In this document: positions 1-10,279 of the stretch, one piece after another | How the letters are laid out: every line of letters starts with the position of its first letter | How positions within the stretch are numbered: the stretch's first letter is position 1 | Source: Endomicrobiia bacterium | Lineage (GTDB): Bacteria; Elusimicrobiota; Endomicrobiia; DTEH01 | Assembly (NCBI GenBank): GCA_039630545.1 | Contig: JBCNUU010000003.1 | Span: 130,679-194,678 of the forward strand | DNA: 64,000 nucleotides | Reading direction: 5' to 3' | Notes under the pieces: model-generated | Told to the model about the DNA's origin: nothing | Seen by the model: the letters and a program-made list of their open reading frames with translations, nothing else | Database searches by the model: none | Translations under genes and position numbers: made by a program

Positions 1-1
1 A

Positions 2-832
2 GTAGAGAAGATAGATAAAAAATTTGGATATTCTAAAGAAAGTGAAATAGAAAAAATCAATTCTAAAAGTGGTGTTTCTTTTTGTGAAGTTTCATATGAG
101 GTTTTGAATTTAGTAAAAGAAAGCATAACACTTAGTAAACTTACAGATGGAGCTTTTGATATTACTGTTGGAGTTTTAAGTCACCTTTGGGGATTTAAAA
201 ATTTTAGTAATGAAAAAAAATTTAAAATCCCTCAAAAACATCAGATAGTTGAAGCTTTATCTCTTGTAGGATATGAAAAAATTGTTATAGATGAAGAAAA
301 AAATAGAATATTTCTTAAAAAAAGAGGAATGAAAATAGATCTTGGAGGAATTGCAAAAGGATATGCTATAAAAAAAGCAAAAGAAATTTTAGAATCATAT
401 GGGTTTGATAAGTTTTTAATAAATTTTGGAGGAGATATCTATTTAAAAAACAATACAGAAATTCCCTGGAGAGTTGCTATTCAACATCCACGAGATAGAA
501 ATAAGTTTCTGGCTGTTTTAAACCTTTATACAACATCCTGTGTAACATCTGGAGATTATGAAAGATATTTTATGTTAGAGAATAAAAGATATCACCATAT
601 TTTTGATCCAAAAACAGGATATCCTGCTGATGATATAGTTTCTGTTACAGTTTTATGTGAGGATCCGGTTTTAGCTGATGCTTTATCCACTGGAATTTTT
701 GTTTTAGGAGAAAAAAAAGGCATACAACTGGCAGAAAAACTAAAAATAGGTTGTATCATAGTAAAAGAAAAAAAGAACAAACTCTTCATCTATACAACAC
801 AAAATTTTAAAGGTATAGATTTTAATTTATAA
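2..832 (+). CDS. apbE: FAD:protein FMN transferase (ApbE family), 5'-truncated by window edge
   Basis: Frame is open from base 2 (VEKIDKKFGYSKESEI...). ApbE motifs GAFDITVG, DLGGIAKGY, TSGDYERY, RYHHIFDPKTGYP, ADALST. Confidence 0.93.
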   Translation, partial: VEKIDKKFGYSKESEIEKINSKSGVSFCEVSYEVLNLVKESITLSKLTDGAFDITVGVLSHLWGFKNFSNEKKFKIPQKHQIVEALSLVGYEKIVIDEEKNRIFLKKRGMKIDLGGIAKGYAIKKAKEILESYGFDKFLINFGGDIYLKNNTEIPWRVAIQHPRDRNKFLAVLNLYTTSCVTSGDYERYFMLENKRYHHIFDPKTGYPADDIVSVTVLCEDPVLADALSTGIFVLGEKKGIQLAEKLKIGCIIVKEKKNKLFIYTTQNFKGIDFNL

Positions 833-834
833 AA

Positions 835-1197
835 ATGAAATTAACTAAACCAACATTTCTTGACTACTTCTTTATTTTTTTATTTCTGTTATCTTCTTTA
901 TTTTCATTTAAACTTATGAGTTTCAAAAAAGACAATGACTTATTTGTGGTTATTTTTCAAAACAATAGAGTTGTTTATAAGGAAAAAATTTCTATTGAAA
1001 AAATTATTCAACTTAATAATGCAGTTGTTGAAATAAAAAACAATAAAGTAAAAATTAAGCAGTCTATATGTCCTTTTAGAATATGTATGCATACAGGCTG
1101 GATTAGTAAAGCTGGTCAGCAAATAGTATGTATACCTAACAGAATTTTTATTACTATTGAAAGCAAAAAGAAAGAGATAGATACTATTGTTTATTAA
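835..1197 (+). CDS. NusG domain II-containing membrane-anchored protein (DUF1312-like)
   Basis: N-terminal hydrophobic helix, then CPxxICxxxGWIxxxGQxIVCIPN signature; directly after apbE. Confidence 0.88.
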   Translation: MKLTKPTFLDYFFIFLFLLSSLFSFKLMSFKKDNDLFVVIFQNNRVVYKEKISIEKIIQLNNAVVEIKNNKVKIKQSICPFRICMHTGWISKAGQQIVCIPNRIFITIESKKKEIDTIVY

Positions 1198-2632
1198 ATT
1201 TTTTTAATAGTTTTATGATATTATAAGATATAAAATATCCAAAAATACTAGCCAAAAATCCAAAGAGTGATGCAGAATAGAAATAATCCATTGTCGTGTC
1301 GTCAATCACAAATTTTTTGGTTGTGATGAAGATGTAACCTAACCACACTACTATTCCAGAGATCATTGAAATCCATCCAGAGTATATATTTACATATTTT
1401 TTCATAAATAAAGCTACTGTGGAAGGAACTAGAATCGCTACAAGCAAAGTCGCCCAGCTGTTAACCATGAGGTTGTAGATCTGTTGGATATATAGCGCTG
1501 TAAACATTGATAAAATTGTAAAAATAACTGTAGAGATTCTGTTTAAAAGCAAAAGAGTTTTTTCTGAAAGAGTAGGAAAATTTTTATAAACAATATTGTT
1601 TACAAATAAAGAAACTCCAGCTAAAAGCGAACTGTCGGCAGAACTCATTATTGCTGCTAATAATCCGCAGATAAATATACTAAAAATGAAAGGGTGTAGT
1701 TCAAATAAAAACTTCTTTGCAAGTATTGGGATAAGTAGTTCTGGAGTTTCTATATCAGGAAGTATGATTCTGCTTGCTAAGCCTATTGTAATTATAACTA
1801 TTCCTAAAACAAAATATATGATACCTGCTACTATAGCACTCCATCTAGCTACAAATTCATTTTTGCTTGATAAAGAACGCTGAATTAAATCTTGTCCTAC
1901 AACGCATCCAAGTCCTATTATAAACCACTTTCCTAAAAAAGTAGACCACATAGAAAAAGTATTTTTTTCAGGAAGGAAATTAAAAAATTCTTTAGGCGTA
2001 GAATGCAATATGTGTATAAGACCACCTGCATTTTTTAAAACAAACGGCAAAATAGCTATTATTCCTACAATTAGTATAATCATCTGAAAAAAGTCAGTAA
2101 TTGTTACAGCCCACATGCCTCCTGTAAGAGTATAGATTAACACCACAGCTGTTCCTAAAATCATCCCTAAGTTAGGAGGTAGTTGTGTGAAAACACTAAA
2201 TATGTATCCTATAGCAACAATTTGAGCACCAAGCCATCCTATATATACTGGTAGCATAAGTAAAGTTGCGAAAGTTTCCAGTTTTTTATTATAATGTAAT
2301 CCAAAAACTTCTACTACAGTTAAAAGTTTAAGTTTATAAAAAGCTACTGCATAAAAAAGACCTGCAAGAATTAATGCTAAACTTGCACCAAAAGGGTCTG
2401 CTATGACTCCTTTTAGCCCTTGTTTATAAACTGTAGCTGCTGTTCCCATTACACTTTCTGCTCCGAACCAGGTGGCAAACATTGTTGCTGTGGCTAAGAT
2501 AAATCCTAATTTTCTGCCTGCTACTAAAAAATCAGTTAAATTTTTTACTTTATAAGAAGTAAACCAACCAATGAAAAGCATTCCTGAAAAGTAAATTCCA
2601 ACTGTTATAGGTGTAAAAAATTTTTCTGTCAT
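1184..2632 (-). CDS. Sodium:solute symporter (SSS) family protein
   Basis: DFLVAGR, ATWFGAE, YTLTGGMWAVTITDFFQ, AAIMSSADS motifs; multiple TM helices. Start moved to ATG at 2632 (MTEKFF) to avoid overlap with the divergent gene. Confidence 0.9.
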   Translation of the reverse strand: MTEKFFTPITVGIYFSGMLFIGWFTSYKVKNLTDFLVAGRKLGFILATATMFATWFGAESVMGTAATVYKQGLKGVIADPFGASLALILAGLFYAVAFYKLKLLTVVEVFGLHYNKKLETFATLLMLPVYIGWLGAQIVAIGYIFSVFTQLPPNLGMILGTAVVLIYTLTGGMWAVTITDFFQMIILIVGIIAILPFVLKNAGGLIHILHSTPKEFFNFLPEKNTFSMWSTFLGKWFIIGLGCVVGQDLIQRSLSSKNEFVARWSAIVAGIIYFVLGIVIITIGLASRIILPDIETPELLIPILAKKFLFELHPFIFSIFICGLLAAIMSSADSSLLAGVSLFVNNIVYKNFPTLSEKTLLLLNRISTVIFTILSMFTALYIQQIYNLMVNSWATLLVAILVPSTVALFMKKYVNIYSGWISMISGIVVWLGYIFITTKKFVIDDTTMDYFYSASLFGFLASIFGYFISYNIIKLLKKFNKQ

Positions 2633-2691
2633 GTCTTTGGTTTCCTGTTGAAAAGTAAAATAAAATTTTGTTTTTTTTATTAAAAATTGCA

Positions 2692-3765
2692 ATGGAACTC
2701 AATAGTAATACAAAAAAAATTATAAATCTTATCCTTATTGCTTCATCTCTTCAAATTTTAGAAGGATTTTTACCTCATCCTGTCCCTGCTGCAAGATTGG
2801 GTTTAGCAAATTTAGTAAGTTTAATAGCTATTGTTAATTATGGAACAAAAACTGCTTTACAAGTTGTTATGGGAAGAACTATAGTTTCTGCTATTTTTTT
2901 AGGGACATTTCTGTCTATTCCTTTTATCTTGAGTTTTTTGTCTGGTATTTTTTCAGTGCTGGTTATGGGTGGAGTATTTTTGGTTTCCTCATATAGTTTT
3001 TTAAAATTTAGTATCTTAGGAATTTCTGTGTTTGGAGCAGTTTTTCATAATATTTCCCAGATTTTTTTAGTCTATTTTTTATTTATTAAAAATAAATCGA
3101 TTCTACTGCTTTTGCCATTATTAGTTGTTTCAGGTGTAATAAGTGGAGTGGTTATAGGTAGTGTAGCAATTTTAATTTTTAAGAAATTAGATGAGAAAAA
3201 AAGTGTTGGAGTTTGGAATAAACACAACTATAAAAGTTTTACTTTTTTAGAAAGAAAACACATTCCTGAGCTTAAAATTTCTAAAATAATTTTTTTGTGT
3301 TTTATGCTGGTAGTATTAATACTTGTTTTTTTTGTGAATAAAGTTTTTTGTTTATGGTTTTTGTTCATGTTTTTAATTTTTTTGTATTTTTTTACCAGAA
3401 AAAATTTTTCCAGACTTTTTTATAATTTTAAAGCAGTTTTATGGATTTTACTTTTTTCTTTTTTTTTACAAGTGTTAACTATTAAAACTAATGGTTTAAT
3501 TTTGGGTCTAATTTTTGTATTAAAGATTTTAAACATAGTTGTTTTTACTAGTTGGCTTTCGCAGTATTATTCAAAGGAAGAGTTTATATTTATTTTGCAA
3601 AAGTTGTTTTTCTTTGACAAAAGTTTTGCAAAAATTTTAGCAGTTAGTTTTTACTCTTTACCAGAATTTCTGCATGATTTTAAAGCTAAAATTGATTGGA
3701 TAAAAAATTCTAATATAAAAGAAATACCTAATATAATCTCAGAAATTCTTTTAGATTATTTTTAA
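2692..3765 (+). CDS. Gx transporter family protein (Hpre_diP_synt_I-like) fused to a truncated EcfT/CbiQ-like membrane domain
   Basis: N-half has PxPxxRLGLAN and SVFGAVFHNISQ motifs. C-half has an EcfT-like helix pattern (KII...W...F...L...EF...L...SFYSLPEF). ATG at 2692 (MELNSN). Confidence 0.75.
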   Translation: MELNSNTKKIINLILIASSLQILEGFLPHPVPAARLGLANLVSLIAIVNYGTKTALQVVMGRTIVSAIFLGTFLSIPFILSFLSGIFSVLVMGGVFLVSSYSFLKFSILGISVFGAVFHNISQIFLVYFLFIKNKSILLLLPLLVVSGVISGVVIGSVAILIFKKLDEKKSVGVWNKHNYKSFTFLERKHIPELKISKIIFLCFMLVVLILVFFVNKVFCLWFLFMFLIFLYFFTRKNFSRLFYNFKAVLWILLFSFFLQVLTIKTNGLILGLIFVLKILNIVVFTSWLSQYYSKEEFIFILQKLFFFDKSFAKILAVSFYSLPEFLHDFKAKIDWIKNSNIKEIPNIISEILLDYF

Positions 3766-3838
3766 AATTTTAAGAAACTCTTTATGAGTTTTAACATCTA
3801 AATATAGTGAAAAAATTAAGTTTTAAAGAGAAAAAGTT

Positions 3839-6463
3839 ATGAATCCAGAAAAGTTTACTTTAAAATTACAAGAAGTTTTATATAATGCACAAAGATTAGC
3901 TGAAAAAAAATCAAATCCAGAGTTGACACCAGAGCACTTATTATATTCACTTCTTACCACCGAAGATTCTTTTGCTGTTGATATAATAAAGAAAATAGGT
4001 GCTGATGTAAATAAGATAATAAGTGATTTAGAAATACAGATAAATACTCTGCCACAAACAAAGACACACTCAGGGAGCACTAATGCTATTTATATTACTG
4101 GTAGAACAAAAAAAGTATTAGATATCGCTTTAGATGCTTTAGAGGAATTTAAGGATGAATATATATCTGTAGAACATCTTCTTTTGGGTATACTTCAAGA
4201 GGGAGGTATTGCCTCTAAAATTCTTCAAAGATACGGTGTTACTAAAGAAAATGTTCTTAAAGCTCTTCAATCTTTAAGAGGAACAGAAAGAGTTACTGAT
4301 CAGACTCCTGAGGAGAGGTTTAAACCTCTGGAGAGATATGGAAGAGACCTTACACGTCTTGCGAGATTAGGAAAGTTAGATCCTGTGATAGGTAGGGATC
4401 AAGAGATAAGAAGAGCAATCCAGGTTCTTTCAAGAAGAACAAAAAACAATCCTGTGTTAATAGGTGATCCTGGTGTAGGTAAGACAGCAATAGTTGAGGG
4501 TCTTGCTCAAAGAATTGTGGCAGGAGATGTCCCAGAAAGTTTGAAAGATAAAGTAGTTTTTCAGTTAGATCTTGGAGCTCTTATAGCAGGGACAAAATTT
4601 AGAGGAGAGTTTGAAGAAAGGTTAAAATCTGTATTAAAAACAATCTCAGAATCCAAAGGTCAAATCGTTCTTTTTATAGATGAAATACATACATTAGTTG
4701 GTGCAGGAGCTGCAGAAGGTGCAATTGACGCATCTAACATGTTAAAACCCATGCTTGCAAGGGGTGAACTTAGGTGTATTGGAGCCACCACTATTGAAGA
4801 GTATAGAAAGTATATAGAGAAAGATAGAGCTTTAGAAAGAAGATTCCAGCCAATTTTAGTTTCCGAACCTACAGTAGAAGATACTATAGCAATTTTGCGT
4901 GGATTAAAAGAAAGATATGAAGTTCATCATGGGATAAAAATAAAAGATGAGGCAATTGTTGCAGCTGCTGTGCTTTCAAATAGATATATAACTGATAGAT
5001 ACCTACCTGATAAAGCAATAGACTTAATTGATGAAGCAGCCAGTAAGTTAAGGATAGAAATTGATTCAATGCCTGCTGAAATTGACGATATCCAAAGAAA
5101 GATTAAACAACTTGAAATAGAAAAGCAAGCTGTAAAAGCTGGAGTCGGTGGTGAACCAGTTGGAGAAAAGGAGATCGAAACAAAACTTATTGAAATAGAT
5201 AAACAGATACTGGAGTTAAAACAGAAATACGAGACACTCCATAGTCAGTGGCAGAAAGAAAAAGATTTAATTACAAAAATCAAAAGTGTAAAACAGGAAA
5301 TTGAGAATTATAAAATTACAAAGCAACAAGCAGAAAGAGAAGGTAACCTTGCGTTAGCTGCAGAGATACAGTACGGTCATCTCCCTGCAAAAGAAAAAGA
5401 GTTAAACGAATTATATTCAAAACTTAGAGAAGCACAGAAGGATGCAAAAATGTTAAAAGAAGAAGTTGATGAAGAGGATATTGCGGAGGTTATATCGAAA
5501 TGGACAGGAATTCCTGTAAAAAAACTTGTTCAAAGCGAAAAAGAAAAGCTTCTTGAGATGGAAAAATATTTAGCTCAGTATATTGTAGGACAACAGCATG
5601 CAATTGAGAAAATTTCCGATTGTATAAGAAGAGCACGTTCAGGTCTTTCTGATCCAAATCGTCCATTAGGAGTGTTTTTATTTTTAGGTCCTACAGGGGT
5701 TGGTAAAACAGAACTTGCAAAACGGCTTGCTGAGTTTTTGTTTAACGACCAAAAATATCTTACAAGAATAGATATGTCTGAGTATATGGAAAAACATTCT
5801 GTTGCAAGATTAATTGGTGCTCCTCCTGGTTATGTTGGATATGAAGAAGGAGGTCAGCTTACAGAAGCTGTAAGAAGAAAGCCTTATTCAGTGATTTTAT
5901 TTGATGAAATCGAAAAAGCACATCCTGAGGTTTTTAATGTATTGCTTCAGGTGTTTGATGATGGTAGGTTAACCGATGGTAAAGGAAGAACAGTCGATTT
6001 TAAAAATACTGTAATAATTATGACTTCAAATATAGCTACAGATACAATAACCGAACTGGAAACCAAAGAAAAACTTTCATATGAACAGATTCATCAATAT
6101 GTTTTAGATGAACTTAAAAAATTTTTTAAGATAGAGTTTATAAATCGCATAGACGAAATAATAATATTTAACAGATTGACACTTAAAGATATTGTAAAGA
6201 TAGTAGAAATTCAACTAAGAGATGTAGAAAATCGTCTAAAAGATAAAAACATAGAAGTAAAATTTACTGAGGATCTAAAAGAGCTTTTAGCAAAACAGGG
6301 ATTTGATGTTTCTTTTGGAGCAAGGCCACTTAAAAGAGTAATACATCAGAAAATTTATAATGTGATTGCGAAGAATATAATTGAGGGAAATATAAAGGAA
6401 AATGATAAAATTATAATTGATATTGATTCCCGCGGTAACATTGTAATAAAAAAATCTGAGTAA
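3839..6463 (+). CDS. clpB: ATP-dependent chaperone ClpB
   Basis: Two AAA+ modules ([16 protein letters not shown]), long middle coiled coil, [26 protein letters not shown]. Confidence 0.97.
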   Translation: MNPEKFTLKLQEVLYNAQRLAEKKSNPELTPEHLLYSLLTTEDSFAVDIIKKIGADVNKIISDLEIQINTLPQTKTHSGSTNAIYITGRTKKVLDIALDALEEFKDEYISVEHLLLGILQEGGIASKILQRYGVTKENVLKALQSLRGTERVTDQTPEERFKPLERYGRDLTRLARLGKLDPVIGRDQEIRRAIQVLSRRTKNNPVLIGDPGVGKTAIVEGLAQRIVAGDVPESLKDKVVFQLDLGALIAGTKFRGEFEERLKSVLKTISESKGQIVLFIDEIHTLVGAGAAEGAIDASNMLKPMLARGELRCIGATTIEEYRKYIEKDRALERRFQPILVSEPTVEDTIAILRGLKERYEVHHGIKIKDEAIVAAAVLSNRYITDRYLPDKAIDLIDEAASKLRIEIDSMPAEIDDIQRKIKQLEIEKQAVKAGVGGEPVGEKEIETKLIEIDKQILELKQKYETLHSQWQKEKDLITKIKSVKQEIENYKITKQQAEREGNLALAAEIQYGHLPAKEKELNELYSKLREAQKDAKMLKEEVDEEDIAEVISKWTGIPVKKLVQSEKEKLLEMEKYLAQYIVGQQHAIEKISDCIRRARSGLSDPNRPLGVFLFLGPTGVGKTELAKRLAEFLFNDQKYLTRIDMSEYMEKHSVARLIGAPPGYVGYEEGGQLTEAVRRKPYSVILFDEIEKAHPEVFNVLLQVFDDGRLTDGKGRTVDFKNTVIIMTSNIATDTITELETKEKLSYEQIHQYVLDELKKFFKIEFINRIDEIIIFNRLTLKDIVKIVEIQLRDVENRLKDKNIEVKFTEDLKELLAKQGFDVSFGARPLKRVIHQKIYNVIAKNIIEGNIKENDKIIIDIDSRGNIVIKKSE

Positions 6464-6672
6464 TGGAAAAATCAATTTTTAAAAACACTTAAGGAAATTT
6501 TGGATTTATGAATACACTATAATATGAAAGCAGAACTGTTAGATAAAAAATCAAAGAGTGACATACACTTAAAAAACTTTACAGATAATCTCAAGAAAGA
6601 TTTTAGAGCTTAAAAGATAACAAAGAATAACATCTTAAAAAAAATAACAGATTTTCTTAATAAATTAAAAGT

Positions 6673-8052
6673 TTAATCTAGGAAATTTTTAAGTTCTTCT
6701 AAGTAGTTTTCGTAACCTTTTCTTCCTAATAATGCATATGTATAGTTTTTCCCTAAAACAACACCTGGTTGGTTAAAAGCATTAATGTTGAATAGTTCTC
6801 CTGCATAAGCTGTTGCTAACTCTAACATATAAATCAACTCTCCTATAGATTCTTCATCAATTTTTGGCAAAAGGATTGTCATATTGGGTCTTTGTGCTTG
6901 AGTAAGGGAAGCTACGGTTGCCTTTTCTTCTGCTTTAAATAGTTCGTTAAGTGTATGGTTGGATAGATAGTGTTCCTGTGGAAATTTTGGAATTTTTACT
7001 TCATAGGTAAACTTTTCTACTGAGAGGAAAACGATTATTTTATCATTTGGTCCCTCTCTGTAAAGCTGTAGCTGGGAATGCTGGTCTGTTACACCTAGAG
7101 CTTTAATTGGTGTAGGACCTATATTTACTATTTTACCATTATTATCTTTTTCTTTTCCTAAACTTTCAGCCCATAGTTGTCTAAACCAGTCTGCAAACCC
7201 ATATAATCTGTCTGAATAAGAAAACATGACACATATGTGTTTACCTTTTTGATATAGTAGATAGTTTATCAGTGCAAACATAAATGCAGGATTATTAAAC
7301 ATTTCATTTTCATTAGTTTCCTTACATATTTTGCAGTTTTCAGCCATGTTTTTTGCGCCGGTTAAAAGTTTTTTTATGTTTATACCGGTAGCTGCTGCCG
7401 AGACAAGTCCTACAGGAGATAAGACAGAAAACCTACCTCCTACATTTTCAGGAATTGTGAAATCAAATTGAGAGTATCCTTTATTTACAAGTTCTCTTAA
7501 AAAACCAGTTTTTGGTCCGGTTGTTATTATTATATGCTTTTTTGCTTTGTCTTTACCAACTTTCTTAACAAGTTCGTTGTAAAATACAAAAAATGTAGCA
7601 AGAGTTTCTGCTGTATCACCTGCTTTTGAAATTACATTTATCAGTGTCTTTTTGATGTCAATGTGGTTTATTAAACTTTTTGCCGTATCAGGATCAACAT
7701 TGTCAAACACATAAAGTTTTAAGTAACCTTTTCTTTGCCTTTTAGACAGAGAATTCCAAAATTTATCTCTTAAAGCAGTCTGGAGGGCTATATTTCCTAA
7801 CGCAGAACCCCCTATGCCTAAAACTAAAAGTGTGTCAAAATTATTTTTTAGTTGTTTTATCATTTTTAGAATTTTATCGACCTCAAAGTTCTCATAAGGT
7901 AATGTTGCCCATCCAAGCATATTTGATTTATCTTTTATTTTTTGGTTTAAATTATTATGAACCTCAACAAATTTTTTCTGATATTGCAGTAATTCCTTTT
8001 CACTTAGACCTTCTTTAACTTTTAAGATATTCTTGTAGTTTAAAGATATCAT
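6673..8052 (-). CDS. pgi: Glucose-6-phosphate isomerase
   Basis: GIGGSALG, VGGRFSVLS, QLWAESLGK, DQHSQLQLY, FNQPGV motifs; SD AAGGAGG upstream of ATG at 8052. Confidence 0.95.
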   Translation of the reverse strand: MISLNYKNILKVKEGLSEKELLQYQKKFVEVHNNLNQKIKDKSNMLGWATLPYENFEVDKILKMIKQLKNNFDTLLVLGIGGSALGNIALQTALRDKFWNSLSKRQRKGYLKLYVFDNVDPDTAKSLINHIDIKKTLINVISKAGDTAETLATFFVFYNELVKKVGKDKAKKHIIITTGPKTGFLRELVNKGYSQFDFTIPENVGGRFSVLSPVGLVSAAATGINIKKLLTGAKNMAENCKICKETNENEMFNNPAFMFALINYLLYQKGKHICVMFSYSDRLYGFADWFRQLWAESLGKEKDNNGKIVNIGPTPIKALGVTDQHSQLQLYREGPNDKIIVFLSVEKFTYEVKIPKFPQEHYLSNHTLNELFKAEEKATVASLTQAQRPNMTILLPKIDEESIGELIYMLELATAYAGELFNINAFNQPGVVLGKNYTYALLGRKGYENYLEELKNFLD

Positions 8053-8274
8053 CTTACCCTCCTTATTGTTTGCAATTTTTTTGATATCAACCTTACATTT
8101 ACAATTTTTTATTTTGTTTTCCAATAGGTTGGAAATTGTAAGTATTCGTCTTTTTTATTTGGGTTTTTAAAACTCATTTCTAAAATATAAGAGTTATGTA
8201 ATCCAACACATCTAAAATGAAAGGTTGTTGAAATTTAAATTATAAGGTCAAAAGCTGAAATTTATATTAAACTG

Positions 8275-9414
8275 TTATTTTCTCCATACACCTGCGATTT
8301 TATAACCACAATATTTACATTTACCCTCCTTTATACTGTTTTCTAAAACTTCAAAATGTATTCTGTAAATTAGGATTTTATTGCAGTTAGGACAATAAGT
8401 AGAGTTATATTTATGTCCAGGAACATTACCAATATAGACATATTTGAGTCCAACCTCTTTTGCAATTTTATAACAACTTTCTAAAGTCTTAACAGGTGTT
8501 GCTGGAAGATGTGTGGTTTTGTAGGTAGGAAAAAATCTTGTAAAATGTAAAGGAACATCGTCTGATAAATTTTCTTTTATCCATAAGCACATCTTTCTAA
8601 CATCTTTTGGGTTATCATTTAGTGTAGGAATTACTAAATTTACAATCTCCAGCCATATATTTTTATGTTCTTTTATTATTTTTAATGAATTAAGAACAGG
8701 TTGTAGTTTTGCTAAAGATTGATTTTTATAAAACTCTTCAGTAAAACCTTTAAGATCCACCGTAACCGCGTCTGTAAATTTTAACATTTCTTTAAGTGCT
8801 GAAGGATTGATTGAGGCATTTGTATGCCATATGATTTTTATTTTTTCTTTTTTTGCTATCTTTGCTATTTCATACATATATTCATAAAACGCAATTGGGT
8901 CATTATATGTAAAAGATATAGAGGGAATGTTGTATCTCTTTGCAAGTTTTACTGCTTCCTGAGGAGTTAGAAAATAATGTGTTATTTCTTCAAGTTGTTT
9001 CTGGGAGAGATGCCAGTTATGGCAATGTTTACATTTAAAGTTACAACCTGCTGTGCCAAAACAAAGAATTTCTGTTGATGGTAAAAAGTGATACACAGGT
9101 TCTTTCTCTATAGGGTCAACTGCTACAGCAGACGGTTTTGAATATACTATGTTGTACAGAGTACCGTTTTTATTTTCTCTATTAAAACACATACCACGTT
9201 TGCCTGAAGGAATAATACATTCTCTAAAACATAAAAGACATTTAACAGAATTCTTGTTTGCTTTTTGATAAAACATGGCTTCTTTTTGAGGAATGATTAA
9301 AGTTGAGGTTGCTGCTTCGTGTTGAAAAAGTATATTTTTTAAAAAAATAACCATAAAGAGTATTATGAGTTTAAATCCTTTCAAGGTTTTATATTTTATA
9401 TAATTCACCGACAA
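8275..9414 (-). CDS. amrS: AmmeMemoRadiSam system radical SAM enzyme with hydrophobic N-terminal extension (start uncertain)
   Basis: N-terminal CxxCxxxC...GxC cluster, DPIEKEP, CNFKCKHCHNW radical SAM motif, PLHFTRFFP, YVYIGN, C-terminal CPNC...CKYC. Confidence 0.88.
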   Translation of the reverse strand: MSVNYIKYKTLKGFKLIILFMVIFLKNILFQHEAATSTLIIPQKEAMFYQKANKNSVKCLLCFRECIIPSGKRGMCFNRENKNGTLYNIVYSKPSAVAVDPIEKEPVYHFLPSTEILCFGTAGCNFKCKHCHNWHLSQKQLEEITHYFLTPQEAVKLAKRYNIPSISFTYNDPIAFYEYMYEIAKIAKKEKIKIIWHTNASINPSALKEMLKFTDAVTVDLKGFTEEFYKNQSLAKLQPVLNSLKIIKEHKNIWLEIVNLVIPTLNDNPKDVRKMCLWIKENLSDDVPLHFTRFFPTYKTTHLPATPVKTLESCYKIAKEVGLKYVYIGNVPGHKYNSTYCPNCNKILIYRIHFEVLENSIKEGKCKYCGYKIAGVWRK

Positions 9415-10279
9415 TAAAAGTTTTTATTGTGTTATAGTGAAGTTCTACTGTGTCATTAATGTCAAATGCATATCCTCCACCTAAAGTGACAACTACTGGA
9501 GTGTCTTTAAAAAATTTTTTTACGAGCTCATCTCTTTTTTTTATTCCTTCTTTTGTAATTTTAAGTCCACCTAGTTGATCATTTTCATAAATATCAACTC
9601 CTGCCTGATAAAACACTACTTCAGCAGAAAAATTTTTTACTTTTTTAAGGCCTTCTTCTAGCAAAGATAAATACTTTTCATCAGTAGTGCCTGCGTATAC
9701 TTCAATATCAAGTGTGCTTTTCTCTTTTGGTTCAGGATAAATTTCTTTTTGATGGATTGAAAATGTGAACACATCTTTATCGTCCTGAAAAATTTTTGCT
9801 GTACCGTTTCCTTGATGTACATCACAATCAACAACTGCTACTTTTTTGATTTTATAGGTTTTTTTAAGATATTTTATAGCAACCGCGATATCGTTAAACA
9901 CACAGAATCCTTCTCCATGTTCAGGATATGCATGGTGATAACCACCACCTATGTGGATGCCAACTTTCTGTTGTAGAGCAATTTCAGCTGCTAAAATAGT
10001 TCCAGCTACACTTATTAATGATGCCTCAACTATTTGAGGTGTTAATGGGATTTCTAATTTCAAAATTTCTTCGTAAGAAAGTTTGAGATTGAGAACTTTT
10101 TCTACATAACTTCTGGTATGGACCTCATAGAGATATTCTAAGACTACTTTTTGAGGCTCCACGAAGACTAAGCCTAAGAAAGTTTGTTCTAATTTTTGTT
10201 TTATTAAACGATATATTTTTGTAGAAAAAGGATGAACTCCTAAGTCTACCTCATATTTAGGAGAGTATACTATTTTCAT
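9389..10279 (-). CDS. Histone deacetylase family Zn-dependent deacylase
   Basis: GGGYHHA, GFCVFND, DCDVHQGNGT, AGVD...DQLG, GGGY motifs. Confidence 0.93.
   Translation of the reverse strand: MKIVYSPKYEVDLGVHPFSTKIYRLIKQKLEQTFLGLVFVEPQKVVLEYLYEVHTRSYVEKVLNLKLSYEEILKLEIPLTPQIVEASLISVAGTILAAEIALQQKVGIHIGGGYHHAYPEHGEGFCVFNDIAVAIKYLKKTYKIKKVAVVDCDVHQGNGTAKIFQDDKDVFTFSIHQKEIYPEPKEKSTLDIEVYAGTTDEKYLSLLEEGLKKVKNFSAEVVFYQAGVDIYENDQLGGLKITKEGIKKRDELVKKFFKDTPVVVTLGGGYAFDINDTVELHYNTIKTFIVGELYKI

Noticed and set aside
2692..3200. Heptaprenyl diphosphate synthase activity
   Set aside because: The family name is historical; the protein is all-TM with no DDxxD prenyltransferase motifs.
3770..3794. CIRCE-like inverted repeat upstream of clpB (AAACTC-TTTAT-GAGTTT)
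   Set aside because: Arms differ from TTAGCACTC/GAGTGCTAA and the spacer is 5 rather than 9 nt; not a HAIR or CtsR match either.
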